Of a stretch of 64,000 nt of DNA, positions 13,166 to 27,275 are shown one piece after another. The stretch lies in contig CM119371.1 in NCBI GenBank assembly GCA_051294905.1, forward strand, positions 31,002,001 to 31,066,000, read 5' to 3'. Below the pieces are notes generated by a model that saw only the letters and a program-made list of their open reading frames with translations, had not been told where the DNA came from and did no database searches. The position numbers were made by a program, and so were the translations under genes. The stretch comes from Botryllus schlosseri. Its lineage: Eukaryota. Each line of letters starts with the position of its first letter. Positions within the stretch are counted from its first letter, which is position 1.

Positions 13166-15529
13166 CTGAAAATCAAAATCCTAATTATACGATTGAAATT
13201 GCAAATTATTATGACTATGACCAGGAGATGACTGTTATCGTGGGTACACAATTACACTGCACCAAATATAATAAGACTTTTCGTAGACGACTTGGGATCA
13301 TAGTCGGATGAATTGTTGGGATATAATCTGATGGTGAAATGTGGATTTATATTTTCGGATGACGATTGTCTGGTATCTTTCGTACACAATCAAATATACC
13401 ATAACATATTTATTCAGTACACGCATTTCATAGGCACAAAGCTGCACGCAACACATCGTATCCCACAGAGCGGTATTGTCTGGGTCGGTGTTATTGCTTG
13501 AGGACTTTGTTGACAGTTTACATTCGTATTAAAGAAATTGATGTGCAGTCAACAATATCGAGTATCAATGGCACTTGAAAAGTAGCTTAACAGTTTGTTT
13601 AATATAAAGCATATTTTTAATGCCACTAGGATAATATCTATGTTCATGATAATCTATGTGAGTAGAATAGTCATAAAAAATAGGGACGTTGCATAAAATA
13701 TGCGACGATAATCATACTACTACTATACTTGAATAATTAGAATCTAGTGGCCAACTTGGAGCCTGCGAGCCTCGTGTTGCCTGCAATATAAGGTTTTAAG
13801 TAGCCCTTCAGGTAATTTTCGAAATCAGGTATATCATCAAAAAAACAATTACTCAGGTAATTTATTGTGTATACTTGCTATGCCAACCAAAATGTGAATA
13901 GCCTGGCCGTGAAGATTTGGATGTTGATGGCTAAAATATCATTTCCATTGCATGAACGTAGCCGGGGCAAGTCACATTTTTATAAATCTCCATATATATT
14001 ATGACCATTAAGTAGAGTATTTTGCGGAAGACATATTTAACTTGAAATTTTTCCCGGAATTTCACGCGATTTATTGTCACTCGCTTTGTTGCTTCAGGAG
14101 TTGACTTTTACTAGATTCGCAATCATGATAGGACGTGTCGCCCAACATGTGAATTCGCGTGTACGCTCGCAGAAATATCGTCGGCAATGAAACCTTGGCA
14201 CAAAATGATGGACGAATGTTAGCCGTAACCTTAGATATTGATATGTCTATTAATCATGTCCTTGCCAAATCAGCCCTGCGCCATACTGAGGCAATGCAGA
14301 ATATATGCAAGCAACAATAATATCGATCGAATTCATTTATAATCTTTGAAATTTTCACGCCGAGTTCCCATGACATGGTTGTTATTGATTTTGATGCGTA
14401 GTGAGATAAGTCTTGTTTTCACTGTTACCTATCAGACGAAGAATAAAATCTCATCAACATTTAAGTGGCGCGCGCAACGGTTCGTAAATCTCATCTGAGC
14501 CTTTGGCCGGGAAGGTTTTGCCCCTCCTGATTTAGATAATACTAGTGTCTAATTAGACTGAATAGAATGAAATTCCTTTACTTTAATTCTAATTTTAATT
14601 GTACAATGAGTCTTTACTTCTCTTCTATTTCGAATCTAATATGTGAAATGTTTTTATGCTCTCGTTTCCATTATTATCATATTTCTGGTTTTCATGCTAA
14701 TGTTTCCGAGAGAACTGTATAATGCAAAACGAACCAAGCTTCTTGTACTGTGACATTTGCTATTATCATGCTCATGACTCCTAAGAATGGATCATGATTT
14801 GATATCAACGGAATTCGATTCAATGCTCGATATTCTCACGAATTGAGTAGTTCTAAGTTTAATCCAATTCATATGTAAGCTGTGTAGCTAATATAATTTT
14901 GATTATAATATAATTTGGAAATAAACGTATAAGCATAATTCGAATTCTACTCTAATTTCGAGAAATTGTAAAATTTGTAGTTGCCCTAGTGCTAGTCGGT
15001 CTGGTAATAATTTTGAAATTGCATGAATTTGCTGCCAAGTTTTTGAGAGCACATTGATCGAAGCGGCGCACACGGAAAATTTGTAAGTTGTCACTTGCGA
15101 ATAACTAATAAAGGTAGTCGACAAACCGTCGCAGAAACAATGTTTTGAATGCACACACTTCAGTGCTTTTCAAACCTTCTTCTGCATTACTTCTACTTGT
15201 ACAAACGATGTGAAAAATTGACGCCTTCACTCCAACCTCTGTACAAGTTGAATTATTGAATATTTCGATAGGTAATACATGTTATGTGATTTAATACTTC
15301 GACCATGAACTATGCTTTTCCACTGCAAGCAGCCTAACAACCCGGACCAATTATTTATTGAATTCTGCCATATCAACGTCCTCCTAACTGCATGCATCTC
15401 GTCGAATCTCCCTTTATGTAATCCAATATTTTCCGACAAATGAGATCTACGTCATTTAATACAACAAGTAATCATGCATTCAAGTGACGCATCCCTGCCG
15501 AGGATCGACCTTCATTGGCAGTGCATTGG

Positions 15530-17317
15530 CAGTGGTGGTCAGAAACCAAGTACTTCTACTTTTTTGAAGTACAAAAGTGAGTTTTTCCCACTTTCACTAC
15601 TCACCAAATAAGTTATTGATAGTCTACTTTTAATTCTACTTGACAATATCCGTATTTTGTAAGAACATGAGTAACGTGAAAAGTTTGCTGTGACTCGATC
15701 TAAAATGATGCATGACAGCGGTATTACATTCTTGCAGAATAAACAAAGTTATTTATTCCAACGAAGGTACGTGTGATGCACTGCAGGTTCATTTTATGAC
15801 GTCACTATCCAACATAAATATCAAGTCTCATTTCATAACTGTCAGACTTCGCAACATCTACTCACCTTAAATAAAAACCCCAGTCGAGTCGCTGCCAGGC
15901 ATCTTCTTCTCGACGCACTAAAATGAGAGAAAATTCTCAAAGCACGTAACACTTGTTAGCAAAAGATGAATGCATCGTATGAATAGTGCTCCGTAGCTGA
16001 ACCTATTGCGTCATATCTGGAAAAGTCATCAGGCTTGAAGCGATTTAAAATATTCACAAATATAAGCGATGATAAGTACGCCTACGAAACATACGCTTAT
16101 CTAATTTTTAAAATCCAAATCCTGTCCCGGATGAGAGAGTCAAATTCAAAAACAAATATATATTTAATTGGTATTGCGTCCAGGACAACGCCCAATCAGG
16201 TAATGGCCGCCGAAACTTGTTCAGAAAGTCGCATGAAAATGGCAGGTTATGAGAAAATTTATGTCACAATACTGATGCGAATCCATGGTCGGATGAATCA
16301 CCCATCAACGTTTGATGAAGAGCCAAGTAGAAAAGCTTACGCATGACTTTGATATATAGAGATGTATAGAGTGGAGTAGTAAAATCGTGATATTATTTGT
16401 TCTGGTTACCGTTCGAAGACGGTGGATTTCAAATGGGAAACTGATGCGGCCAAATTTTTTTGTCACACTCTCAACCATCTCCGACAACATCGAATCTAGA
16501 GCACAGCGCCATTTTAATGTGCTATGGGTATGATCATGATGCCCACGACGGTTTATTGCATTTCACGTATATCTAATCAGATTTGATATGTGAATGAGTG
16601 AAAAAGACTGTGATCCACTCGAAATACATTCCTGCAATATGCAGCTAATTATTTGCGTATTGTCAAAACGATTTAAATCACTAAAATGTATATTTGATGG
16701 ATATTTGGACCTATTTCACGTTCTGTGACGGACTTTCACGAAACGAATATGAGCTCGCATATTCGTTTTTACATCAAATGTAATTCGAACAAAGTAACCC
16801 GAATGCTATTTAAATAATTAAATTCCTTGATCAGGTTGCACAAGACGTTCTCGGAATCGATGTAATGTTGTTGGTCATAATTTAGTTATACTTGAAGAAT
16901 TCACAAAGTACAACAACCGAAATTCCAAACATACACCTCCTTACAACAGGTAACACCCGATAATAAAATGCTACGTATCAGTGGTATCACTGCCAAAATA
17001 ATAAGTGAGATGTTGTATGACAGAAAACCACAGATCAATCAGAGAGGTCGTCATTATCAAACTACTTCTACTTTATCAGACCACTCAATCGGTGTTGCAT
17101 ATTCACACTGCTTAATCAAGCGGCCCAACCAGCCCACCTAATCTAATTCTGAAACTGATTACTTGCGTACATTCCTGACCGTTACATTTTCTACTCCCAC
17201 TTGAAGTAATTCTGATATTTCTTGGAAATTGCTACTTCTACTAGCATTGCTGCAGTAGCTTATGACGCCCCTTCAATTCTACTCGGTTATTATCTCTGGC
17301 TATTTTGACCACCACTG
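15530..17317. mobile_element. Old non-autonomous hAT-like element with ACTT/AGTA-rich subterminal repeats
   Basis: Inverted ends CAGTGGTGGTCA (15530) and TGACCACCACTG (17306-17317); ctacttctact-type motifs near both ends; TSD not convincing. Confidence 0.65.
15866..15917 (-). CDS. NLR-like gene, putative 52-nt exon
   Basis: Strong acceptor ttttctctcattttAG and donor AAG|GTGAGT; phase 1 to 2, reads LRREEDAWQRLDWGFYL in frame with the preceding exon. Confidence 0.5.
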
Positions 17318-19381
17318 ATCATTCATCCTACACGTGTTAGTAACTCTCAGAACCCATCGAAGACTGAATGGTCAACATATGTCGCAAATAACCTCCACGA
17401 AGTACCAACTTTTGCTCCATTGTTATAATTGAAATTATTTGGATCGTCATCCTCTTATCAAGCACGATATATTTTTATCGCCCCCCTAAAAAGTTGAGGT
17501 ATGATAAGCAGCCAAGTACCTATTCTGTTTTGTGTTACTCTGGATGTTATTATTATTTATTTAGTTTACTCGAGTAGTTTTGTTCGTATACTACACTTCT
17601 ACGTCAACACTTTTTTGATGGTGGAATACTGGTTTTTGCATGCTTGATATTGTCAATTGGAAAGTAGTTTACGAATCACTTCAACGATGCCTTGCTTCAA
17701 AATCGATGAAATTGATGAACTAGTTCACATTCAGTAATATATGAAAGATCATGGATGAATTTCGTAGAGCTAATCGTATCAAGTACGCCTATGGGATATC
17801 GACTCAGTCAACAAAAGGGCGTATATTCAATGCTGAACCAGGCGAAGACAGTGCAAGAGAGAAGTGAACACACCCACTTTGACACTACAGTAAGGCGGCA
17901 CGTCTGATATACAAAAACTGATCGCTCTCGAATTCAAATGATCGATCGTTCTCCTTTCCATCGGTCGGCCAGAGAGATTGGTGCCAGCGTTATTAACCAA
18001 TCTACTTGCGCTTGATTATCACGCGGCTTCAGCATGACGTTTCTTCTTTCTAGCATTGCCAGGTTCGTGAGCACTTGAGCGTGGAGAAATGTTGATGTCA
18101 TAATGAGTCGTCGGATGTTGTTTACCGCTACTTGAAGTTTGAATTATATTCCGTCCATATCGGCGAATTGTATTTCCGAGTTTATAGCGTAGTAAGGGAA
18201 TATGAATGAAGTTCTGCGTTGAGACAAGTTGAGCAAGAGATATTCCGGGCTATTGTTGGCATTTCAACTGTTCAGCCCAATACTATATTTTGTAATAATT
18301 TCTGATTAAAGTTTATATACTCATTTCAGTTAATCTACGAGTTATTTTGTTGCTATATTCAGCCTTTATTTTACAATGGAGACTGAAGCCAAGAAGTGAT
18401 CGCGATATGCCCAAATATCTGAATAAGCCTTACGGCTAATTGAAAAGGATGCAGCATTGGCGAAGGCAACAGTTGATGAAGTTTCGTCCTCTAAGCATTG
18501 GTTCAACCTGCAGCGGCTGCTAAAGATATCTGGCTGACCGTACATTGCACTAATATGAGGCCAGTGGAATTATCCAGATAACCGAGACTACACCAAGCCT
18601 AAACCTTGAAGACACCATTCACAATTGGGGTCTGAATGAAGTTAGCGTGCCACACAGTGAGTAGGCTGCTGATGGTAGTTCCGCGTTGCTTGATCCTATT
18701 CTTGGCGCCAAGGCACAGACTTGTTTGATAAACCAGATTTTGCCTGTATTTCAATTCAAGAGCAGGAATAATTGCATAAGACTTGTCCCGGAAAGAAGAT
18801 CTTTCTGTATCTCGACTGAAATCAATATGTTTCATTCATTTATTTGACTGGCCGTCTGTATTTGACCGGTATTTTTTATGTGTGCTCGTGATGGATCTTA
18901 TTATAACTGAAACTATAATGAAAAGATATTGTCAAATAGTGATGTCTTACAACATAAGGGTCAGTATGTTTGCCAGAAAGCAACAGTGATCCAGGTAGCG
19001 CTAGAGCTGATAGCGGCTGGAAGATGCAGTGGCGTGAGGGTTAATGGACGGCAACAACGGGTTAATAAGTCGCGGGATAAGTGGGAAAATTGTTTCTTTT
19101 GAAGCATCATTTGGACATCGAATGCGCATTATATGCCGGGAGATCGCTTCCCGTTTTGTTGACTGGAGAATCGAACTGAAAGTAACGAATACCGTGCGTT
19201 ATCAGGCCTTCTTGGAAACGACGTTACGTCATGTATCGATATATGTCCATGAGATATCTAGTTTCTTTAGTAAAGCATTGAGCCTAATACGTGAAATGGG
19301 ATTGCATGCAAAATGATCGCGCATAATTAATATACGTAATATAACGTATCAATGATACGATGCAACCAAACAATTACTCAC

Positions 19382-19571
19382 ACTTTAATACTGTCAATTC
19401 AGTACCGAGATCATGTGCAGCCATCTTGGCTTTCTGCAATTCATCTCCTTCTAACATATCTTCCAGGTATAACAATGTTATTTCCTTCAATTCAAACTTT
19501 TTGATGAGAGACGAAATCTCATCAAGTGAAGGGCGATATCCAGCGAAGAATATGCACCTGATATATTCGAC
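19382..19571 (-). CDS. NLR-like gene, C-terminal region exon
   Basis: Acceptor tttctcaccgcAG; VEYIRCIFFAGYRPSLDEISSLIKKFELKEITLLYLEDML...; donor T|GTGAGT at 19381. Read-through would stop at TAA 19374. Confidence 0.75.
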
Positions 19572-19817
19572 CTGCGGTGAGAAATTATTTCTATTAAGAT
19601 TGTGTGTTACCACTTTTTTTCCATTTCACGATAGATGCTTGATGTGTTACAAGGTACCTTGAAAACACCTATTGAGTTACCAGGAATCACGAGCCCCGCA
19701 ACTGCAGTGGATATCTTGGGCAACGAATATAAGTTAATTTATGTGAACGGGGTTCGTATAGTACGACATAATCCAGTGATAAATGTGCGATGGTGGGAGA
19801 AGAACGATGGGTACTAC

Positions 19818-19985
19818 CTTCTTCAGCTGACATTTTTCAACATTATTCCTGAGTTCATATTCTTTGGCGAAGAAGAACATTACATGGATATTGACAAAAC
19901 AAGACATTGCTTTTCCGCACTCCAAAACTTGGTTGTAGTCGTCGACTGATAGCTGACCATTTACGGCAATATCCAAGAGATCCAC
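19818..19985 (-). CDS. NLR-like gene, 168-nt phase 0-0 LRR-region exon
   Basis: Acceptor tctttcgaattttAG, donor AAG|GTAGTA; VDLLDIAVNGQLSVDDYNQVLECGKAM... 56 codons, a typical size for RI-like LRR exons. Confidence 0.75.
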
Positions 19986-22978
19986 CTAAAATTCGAAAGA
20001 TATATGTTAATTAGTTGTGATGGATATTAGATGCAGAATTTTGATTGAAAACAGGTATTCTTGAACATTAAGATAGCCGCCGAATGGATTATTTAGTTCA
20101 ATGTCAGATAAAATGACAAGGAAATACAAATGCGTTTAAAATCATTTCAAATATCGAAAGAAGAATCGTACTTGATACTTTCTCCGAGAAGTTCCAATCA
20201 ACGACCATTCGATATTTCTTTCTCCATAACAGTCGAGCAATAATTTGCTTATCTTAACAAAATATAGAGTTCCTGTGCTGAGACGACTTAATTGTTATTA
20301 CAATAATCACCCATTGAAAGATTATTCATACATTTACAATTGAATAGAGATTTGTTAGAAATATTCGATTTGCAAAATGCATATCGGCCAATTTTATAAG
20401 TTTAACCCTTTTGATGGGGGGTCACTTTTGGCAGAAATGACCATCGCCTCTCAAATTCACACCGTGACCTCACCAAGATTGAATCCATGAAGATTTGAAG
20501 TTCAGAAGTTATCGGAGGATAGCCCCGTACCGTCCTCGACCAACATTCCAGAACATGTCTTGAGTTACTTATTATACTAAATGACTCTCTCTTTCCCTCT
20601 CTCTCTTTCTAATTTGCAAGGTTTACACTCAGGATAGCGTCAGAGAGTCAAAAATGATGTTTCAGTGCGTAACCACCACTGATGAGGGGATGTTGCTTTT
20701 CGATAATCCGAATCCCTTCGACAACTATGGTCTCAGAGGAAATCTCCTCCAACTCCGAAGAGCTCAATCCAAGAATCCAAGATAATCCGAAGAATCTCGT
20801 CAAGTATCCGAAACATCCATATCGTTGGAGGTGACATTGTTGGAAAATCCCAAATGTACAGCTCGGCTGAGGATTCTGACAATAGAAGACAGCAATGACA
20901 GCAACGTGGAGATCTTATGTCATAATATGGTTACGTTAAGCTAGGGATTCAAAGACTGGAGGTTCAAAAACTGCATCTCAAGGCAGGAGGTAAATGATGC
21001 TCCGCGAAAGAAATTGGGCGCCTTCAATTTCGTGAACTCCAGACACTGCTCTACGAAATTGCCTTGCTAGATCATTAGATGAAAATAGCTCATGGCCAAT
21101 CATACCATTTTACCCAGTTATATATCATTACAGTAACAAGCATGGTACACTTGACAATGTGTTTTACTAATTAAATGTGATAATATGGGTGGCCTATAGT
21201 ATGGTCTACTCTACAGTCTCCAATTGCAGTTTTAATGGCTGATTGGTATTTACTGGGGTCCTTGACAAGCATTTTTGCATGTTACCTGTCATTATACAAG
21301 GTGTCGAGTATCTGTTTTTTGGTTTGTAATCAATAGTCACTTCTGGTCAGAGCTATCCAAAGATATCCGAGGCAAAATTCACTACACTCCTAAAAAATAT
21401 CTGTAGTAATATCCGACTGCGCTCCGAGTGTCACAAAATCAGCAAAACAATCTGCTCCAAGTACACTCCGACTCCGCTCCGATGCTCATCATTGGTAGCC
21501 GCTGTTGCCTGGTATCTACCAAGCCGTCAATCATGATCGTAACCCGCGCGGCTCCCAATATATCGAAGAAAACATGCGAAATTCACACATGAGCGTGGTC
21601 AGTGAGTGGTCATAATGGAACGGACCCCATACGCCCAGTTTATGGCATGAAACAATGCAATCCAACCATACACGGGCATCAAAACGAGTTTATGACTAAT
21701 ATTCCGTCACGAACATCGCGTTGAAGTTGGCTATGTTCTGGAAAATCACCGAAGCGTGACCACAATCAACAAACCCACTCCAAAAACCGCCCAGTAGAAG
21801 GTTTGATGCTCGAAACGTCAAAAAAAACTACATAGAGTACCTTACAAGTCGACCTCCAATGCTCTAACAGAATGTCCAACGATATTTCACTCTGGGAAAA
21901 TATCTAAAAATTTCAGGTGATAAGCACGTTTTTCGTAATTTCGTAGTTTTAAAAAGTTTTTGTGAGTTCCATCTCCGAGTCTCCTAGTAACTTATCATAG
22001 AATATTCCAATAATCCGAGTCTGTGTTTTGCAGCTAGAACTAGAATTAAATTTCGGCTCGTGTAGTTCGTTTATCGGAAGCCTCGTGGGGAAAACAGACG
22101 ACGACAAAGTGAGTTTTTTATTCGAATCTCGTTCGTTACGAAATAGCGTCATAGTCGGCGTGGTTGCGTACACCTCATTTATTTATATCAACACGGGGAC
22201 TGGAGGATTGTTTTTAAGAACCGCGGATCTGCTAACGACGTGGCTAACATCGAGTCGTATGGCAAATATTGTGCTTCTGTCTCATGCAGTGCAGGCCTGC
22301 TAACACGAAGCTGATTGATTGGAACCTTCCCTTACAAATAACATGCTTTTGGAACGAATCAAATTTTCCGACAAGTACCAAGTAGCCGATATCTGCAGCG
22401 TATCAACATGAAAAAAACGGTCACAGAGACATGCCCTATCAGATATGATATTCACACTTCAACAGGGTGTTAATTCACATTCTTACTATGATTTTTTGTT
22501 ACAATCTACCTATGAATATCCTATGTATTGTACAAACGTATGATATAGGCAGTGATATGCATAGTAGTCATCGTCGGTACTCGAGTCGAAACTACTTACC
22601 TGAGTACTTTCAAGTCTTCTCACTTTCTACTCCCCCTTGAAGTAGTTTGAACACGTCGTTTAAACAACTATTTCTACATGTAAGTCAGTATAAAGTAAAA
22701 ACGTTACTTCTATTTCTTCTCGATTAGCAAGTCTGGCTGCCTTGAACACATCTGTGTACACTGCGTACACTCGACTCGCAATAGTAGATACGCAAGTTGA
22801 GTAGACATTAACATAACAATACAAGTCGATGTCGAATAGAGTTTGGCGGATTTGATATTTCAAAATGCATATTCTCTCCAAATTCAATAACGGCTGGAAT
22901 TCGTTTGAAATTCTCAATGAAATTGAAATCTATCAAGAATTTTTTATATGAAGAGAAGAAGAAAAACATATAAAATAC

Positions 22979-23134
22979 CTTTTCCAATTTACGCTCAGAT
23001 ATATTCCGCAGATCATTCTGCTTGACCAATAGTTGTGTTTGTTCTTTGAATTTGATAATTTCTGCATCAAAAAGTATTCCAAGAAATGCAGCTTCCGCTA
23101 CGGCATGAACCCGGTTAAAAGATAAATTGGCATC
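22979..23134 (-). CDS. NLR-like gene, 156-nt phase 0-0 LRR-region exon
   Basis: Acceptor ttttattttcatAG, donor AAG|GTATTT; DANLSFNRVHAVAEAAFLGILFDAEIIKF...KLEK, with an LxLSxN-like start. Confidence 0.7.
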
Positions 23135-23898
23135 CTATGAAAATAAAATGCAGTCAGCTACGTCACAATCTACACTAACACAAACGTTTCTGAGACACGA
23201 TCAAACATGAGAGAAGATTGTTACTGCTGAACGCTAGTGCAGGTGAAGCTATGGCTATGATGCTTGTCTTTTTTCAAAGATGTAATCGAACATTTTGAAT
23301 GGACTTGACAATCAATGTATTGTATCAACAAAATAAATTATAAATTCAGCAGGCAAAAAATCATTTTACCTATAAAATCAACGTGAGTTAATTCTCGATA
23401 TAAAATGATTCTCGACAACAGCATCTCGTCTGCATGACCATCATAGTTACGCCATAGGCTTCAGCCAGGCTATACTACACCGAGAAGTCATCGTCATCGT
23501 GTAGTATACAGCTCCATACACTGTGAAGTGAGTGAAGCTTTATTCCAATCATCAGTAAGGACCATTTTAATCATAAGGAAGGACTCGTTATTATTAAGTT
23601 GAATCATCTCAATATCCAACCTTGATGCAGAAGTGACCTTCAGCCGCGCCACTTATCATGATGACATCATCTTCATTTTTCAATTCAACACTCCATATTC
23701 CTACACTCAGCTTGACAACCTATGAAATTTAAGATCGTGCATTGCATCGAGCATCGGCCAAGTATCGTGACGTCATATCACACATACAGTGACGATCGAC
23801 GCATCACGTATCATCGCGAGTTATACGTTATCGACACTGATTTTAATGAAGGCAGAGCTTTAACTAAGGAGTTACTACATGGACATCATTTTGACAAC

Positions 23899-23923
23899 TA
23901 TATATATATATATATATATATAT
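23899..23923. repeat. (TA)n microsatellite
   Basis: Pure TA run. Confidence 0.9.
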
Positions 23924-25601
23924 AAAACCAGAAATTCAGACGAAATATTTTTAAACCGAGGATAGCGGGATGATTTTGAGTTTATCTTTCAGCTGTGCAC
24001 TGTGCACTGCATGCCGCTCTTTGAAAGAAAATAGTAGATTGCCACTAATTAAATAGCATAAACGTACATCGCTACGCAATGCGAGAAGGAGCTGAAAGGC
24101 CACGACTGCGGACTTTCAAATCACCAGATGGAGAATAACTATGGATATATCATGCTTATTCATCGTACATGCGTGTCAGGAAGCCTGGTATTCCAACCAG
24201 GGGTCTGAAAATGGAATATACGAGAGCCCGACCGATTATTACTGTCGAAACAATATCCCACTTCAAAAGTATCAACGGTGTCAGCCATTGATTGAGGAAC
24301 AAATAGGTGCAATTTTGTGGCGTCACCTCACAACATATCAGTAGGAGGTCAGAAAACAGTAATCTTTGACCGCCAGGCTGAGAATATTGATGAATTTCAG
24401 GATGCTTACATATCACAGGTGTTCAGTTGCAGCCTTTCTAGTTTAATTCATGTTCAAAGTATAACAATGGTTTCAAAGCCGTTCGGGGAAATGCTCTGAA
24501 ACTTTGTAATGTGCTTAATAAGGTATTCCACTTCTTTCAAATATATGCTGAATGCATTGGGTTTATAGGTCAGAGTGTGAGATATCGGTTTTATTGGCAT
24601 CAAGCCAGAAATCCAACTTCGGTCAGGCTCTAAAATGTACCACAGATTATTTGTTGCTTTCTTGGAGCACGAATGCCCTGCAGCGATAAAGTGCCCTAAG
24701 ACTCATAAGTCTGTTGCAGACATCTCTGGCACTAACATAATTGCAGAAAGAGGAGTCAAATTGATACCGGAACTTTACCAGAAGCACAAAAGCGAAGATA
24801 TATGAAGAATAAATTAATAGCAAAGAATAACCTTTGCATTGTAATTTTTTCTATTTTTGACCGATGTCGAAAATTGAAGTTAGATTGTACATGTCATTTT
24901 TTACGATTTGAACAAATAAATTTAATTTTCTTATTTTATATCGAAATGCTCAGTAATTCATGGTACAGGCATTTTTTTAAAATTCCTGAACCCACTTCAC
25001 AGCTTCGGAATGAGAACATTGAATGAAGTATAGTGCTTTATCGCACGACTATAACGTGACAGATCACTAACGATTGTCACGTCACTAGTCCCTATACCAA
25101 CATAAAATTATAGTTCGGCGCCCATATATGTTCGTTAGCACACAACTAAATCATAGAATCGAACTCACTTCCCACTCCAAATTTCCAGATAGCGATTCAA
25201 TCCGACGATGTCCGAGAAGTGAACGTAGTGCTTCTATTGGGAAATTGTTGGTACCCAAATTCACTTCCTTAACCTTGAACGATGAATATATTTTATAATA
25301 CGTTGAAGAGAACTGGCCGTGAAAAACACTATTTAAGCCAGAATGTATTTACGTTAAGGCCGGAGGATATTCAATACAACGTACATCACAAAGCCAATAT
25401 TGATAGTTCGTGACATAAGCCAATTTGAAGGCAAATTTAATTTCCTTGGATACATATTGCACGAAGCAATATGATGTGAATTTATTGCCGGTATTTCAAT
25501 ATTTATATATAATTGAATAGTATATTATATTGAAATGAACCCGAATATTTTCGACTGACACTCGTCAGCAACTTGTCGAGAATTGGAAAAACATTGTAGC
25601 C

Positions 25602-27275
25602 CAGAGGTCTCAAACTCAAATGTGCTCGCGGGCAAATTTCCTATTTTTGAAGGCGCCGCGGGCCGCACCATAAATAATAGGGGAATTCAATGTATTTCAA
25701 AGTAATCCTTATTTCCGGGTTTCCAGCATAGGTCTACTCCTGATAACTAGGCTATATTGACATGTCCTTACGGAAGTCAAATGGAATCAGCGTTTCATTT
25801 TACCGTCGAATGTTGGAACAGATCAATAACAACTTGAACAAAATGGACCAGTACAATGAAAATAGAAATGTGCAATCGCCGAAGAATCCGTTCGTTACAG
25901 CTGTGAAGCGTAGGCTACGACTAGTTAATACTCGCCACATTAAATTGGCGACAATAACATCTATACAGATACCCAAGGTGACACGGGATGTAACCAACTA
26001 TATCAAAGGGGCAACATAATGCCAATGTCGGTTGCCATAGGCTACCTTTAATATCTAAATATGCTATGCTATGCTACGCAACGCAAGCTACGGCCTTTTG
26101 ATATTTTACTATTTCTCCTACCAGTATTATAGTTTGTTTATAGTGTCCTATATGGTGTGGACACAAACAAATCTCACGGGCCCACTGATGGCTTTAGGGG
26201 TGGGCGGTCGCCCGCCCCCTGGTGGAAGCCCCCCCCTATTTGGATGATGCGCTTTTTCAAGGATAATAACGAATAAACATGGAAATCCGTGTACCAAGCA
26301 AGAATATGATTCCGTACAGATGTGTCAATCATCATCAAATCTCTGTAGTTGTTAGACAAGTCCCGTATCCCGATAATCCACACGTCTGTGCATGCGGTGG
26401 AATTACTTAGTTTTGATGTAGTCTATCCTTGCACACGTGCAATAATAAATGTTGCAATAATAAATTTATTCTGTTCGTGGTCTTGGAACTCCCCAACAAT
26501 TGCCTCCAATGTTGCATTGTAAGTGAGTTTGGTATTGTGACGCAGCCATGCTCAATCGCCTGCGTAACAATGGCCAATACGCTTGCATCTTGCAATGCTC
26601 CTCGCCTGCTCCCAGACGTCATTGTAGCATCACAATACCAAACTCACATACAATGCAACATTCGAGGCTGATTTTGGGGAGTTCCACGACCACGAACAGA
26701 ATAGATTTATATTTTCGCAATCAGTACCGCGGTAGCTTTCGATTGATAACTGCTTCATAAAATTTAGGCTAATGCAGGACATGCCGGACAAAAATTACCG
26801 TCAAGTTGCCTTCGACCAAATGGAAAGTGTGACGTACACCAATTTCAAAAGCCGTGACATTTGCTTGTGTCCACACCATATAGGACACCATGGTTTGTTG
26901 CATGCGTGGTTGTACCAAGTCACGGCATTCCGAGTCACAAAAGTCCTTCTCTGATTGTAACGTTTGACGTGACGAGTTCGAGTACGAGTAATTTTACAGT
27001 GGGTCGTTCTCAAGTCCAAATCACAATTTTCAGTCACTAATCATCAACAGGTCATGTTTTACCATATCAAACAAGTAATGTCACGTAATAGTTGATCTTC
27101 CACTGAGTGGAAACTTATGTATTAGTTGAGTTTGAGTAGTTACAGACTTCTGGAATAGTTTTAGAGCGAATTTTAAGTTCACAGAAATTGGTAGTAAATA
27201 TTGTCGAATACTTCAAAATCCCAAATGCCGTCGCGGGCCGCATACGGCCCGCGGGTTGCGTCTTTGAGACCTCTG
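25602..27275. mobile_element. Non-autonomous hAT (Buster-type) element with nested inserts
   Basis: TIRs CAGAGGTCTCAAA...TTTGAGACCTCTG; perfect TSD TTGTAGCC (25594-25601 / 27276-27283); internal inverted pair 26462-26500 / 26671-26708. Confidence 0.9.

Noticed and set aside
17600..19000. Coding-like DNA suggesting old retroelement remains (similar hints at 2040-3500, 20640-21060 and 24040-24780)
   Set aside because: Too degraded for any diagnostic motif to be read with confidence; needs a profile search.
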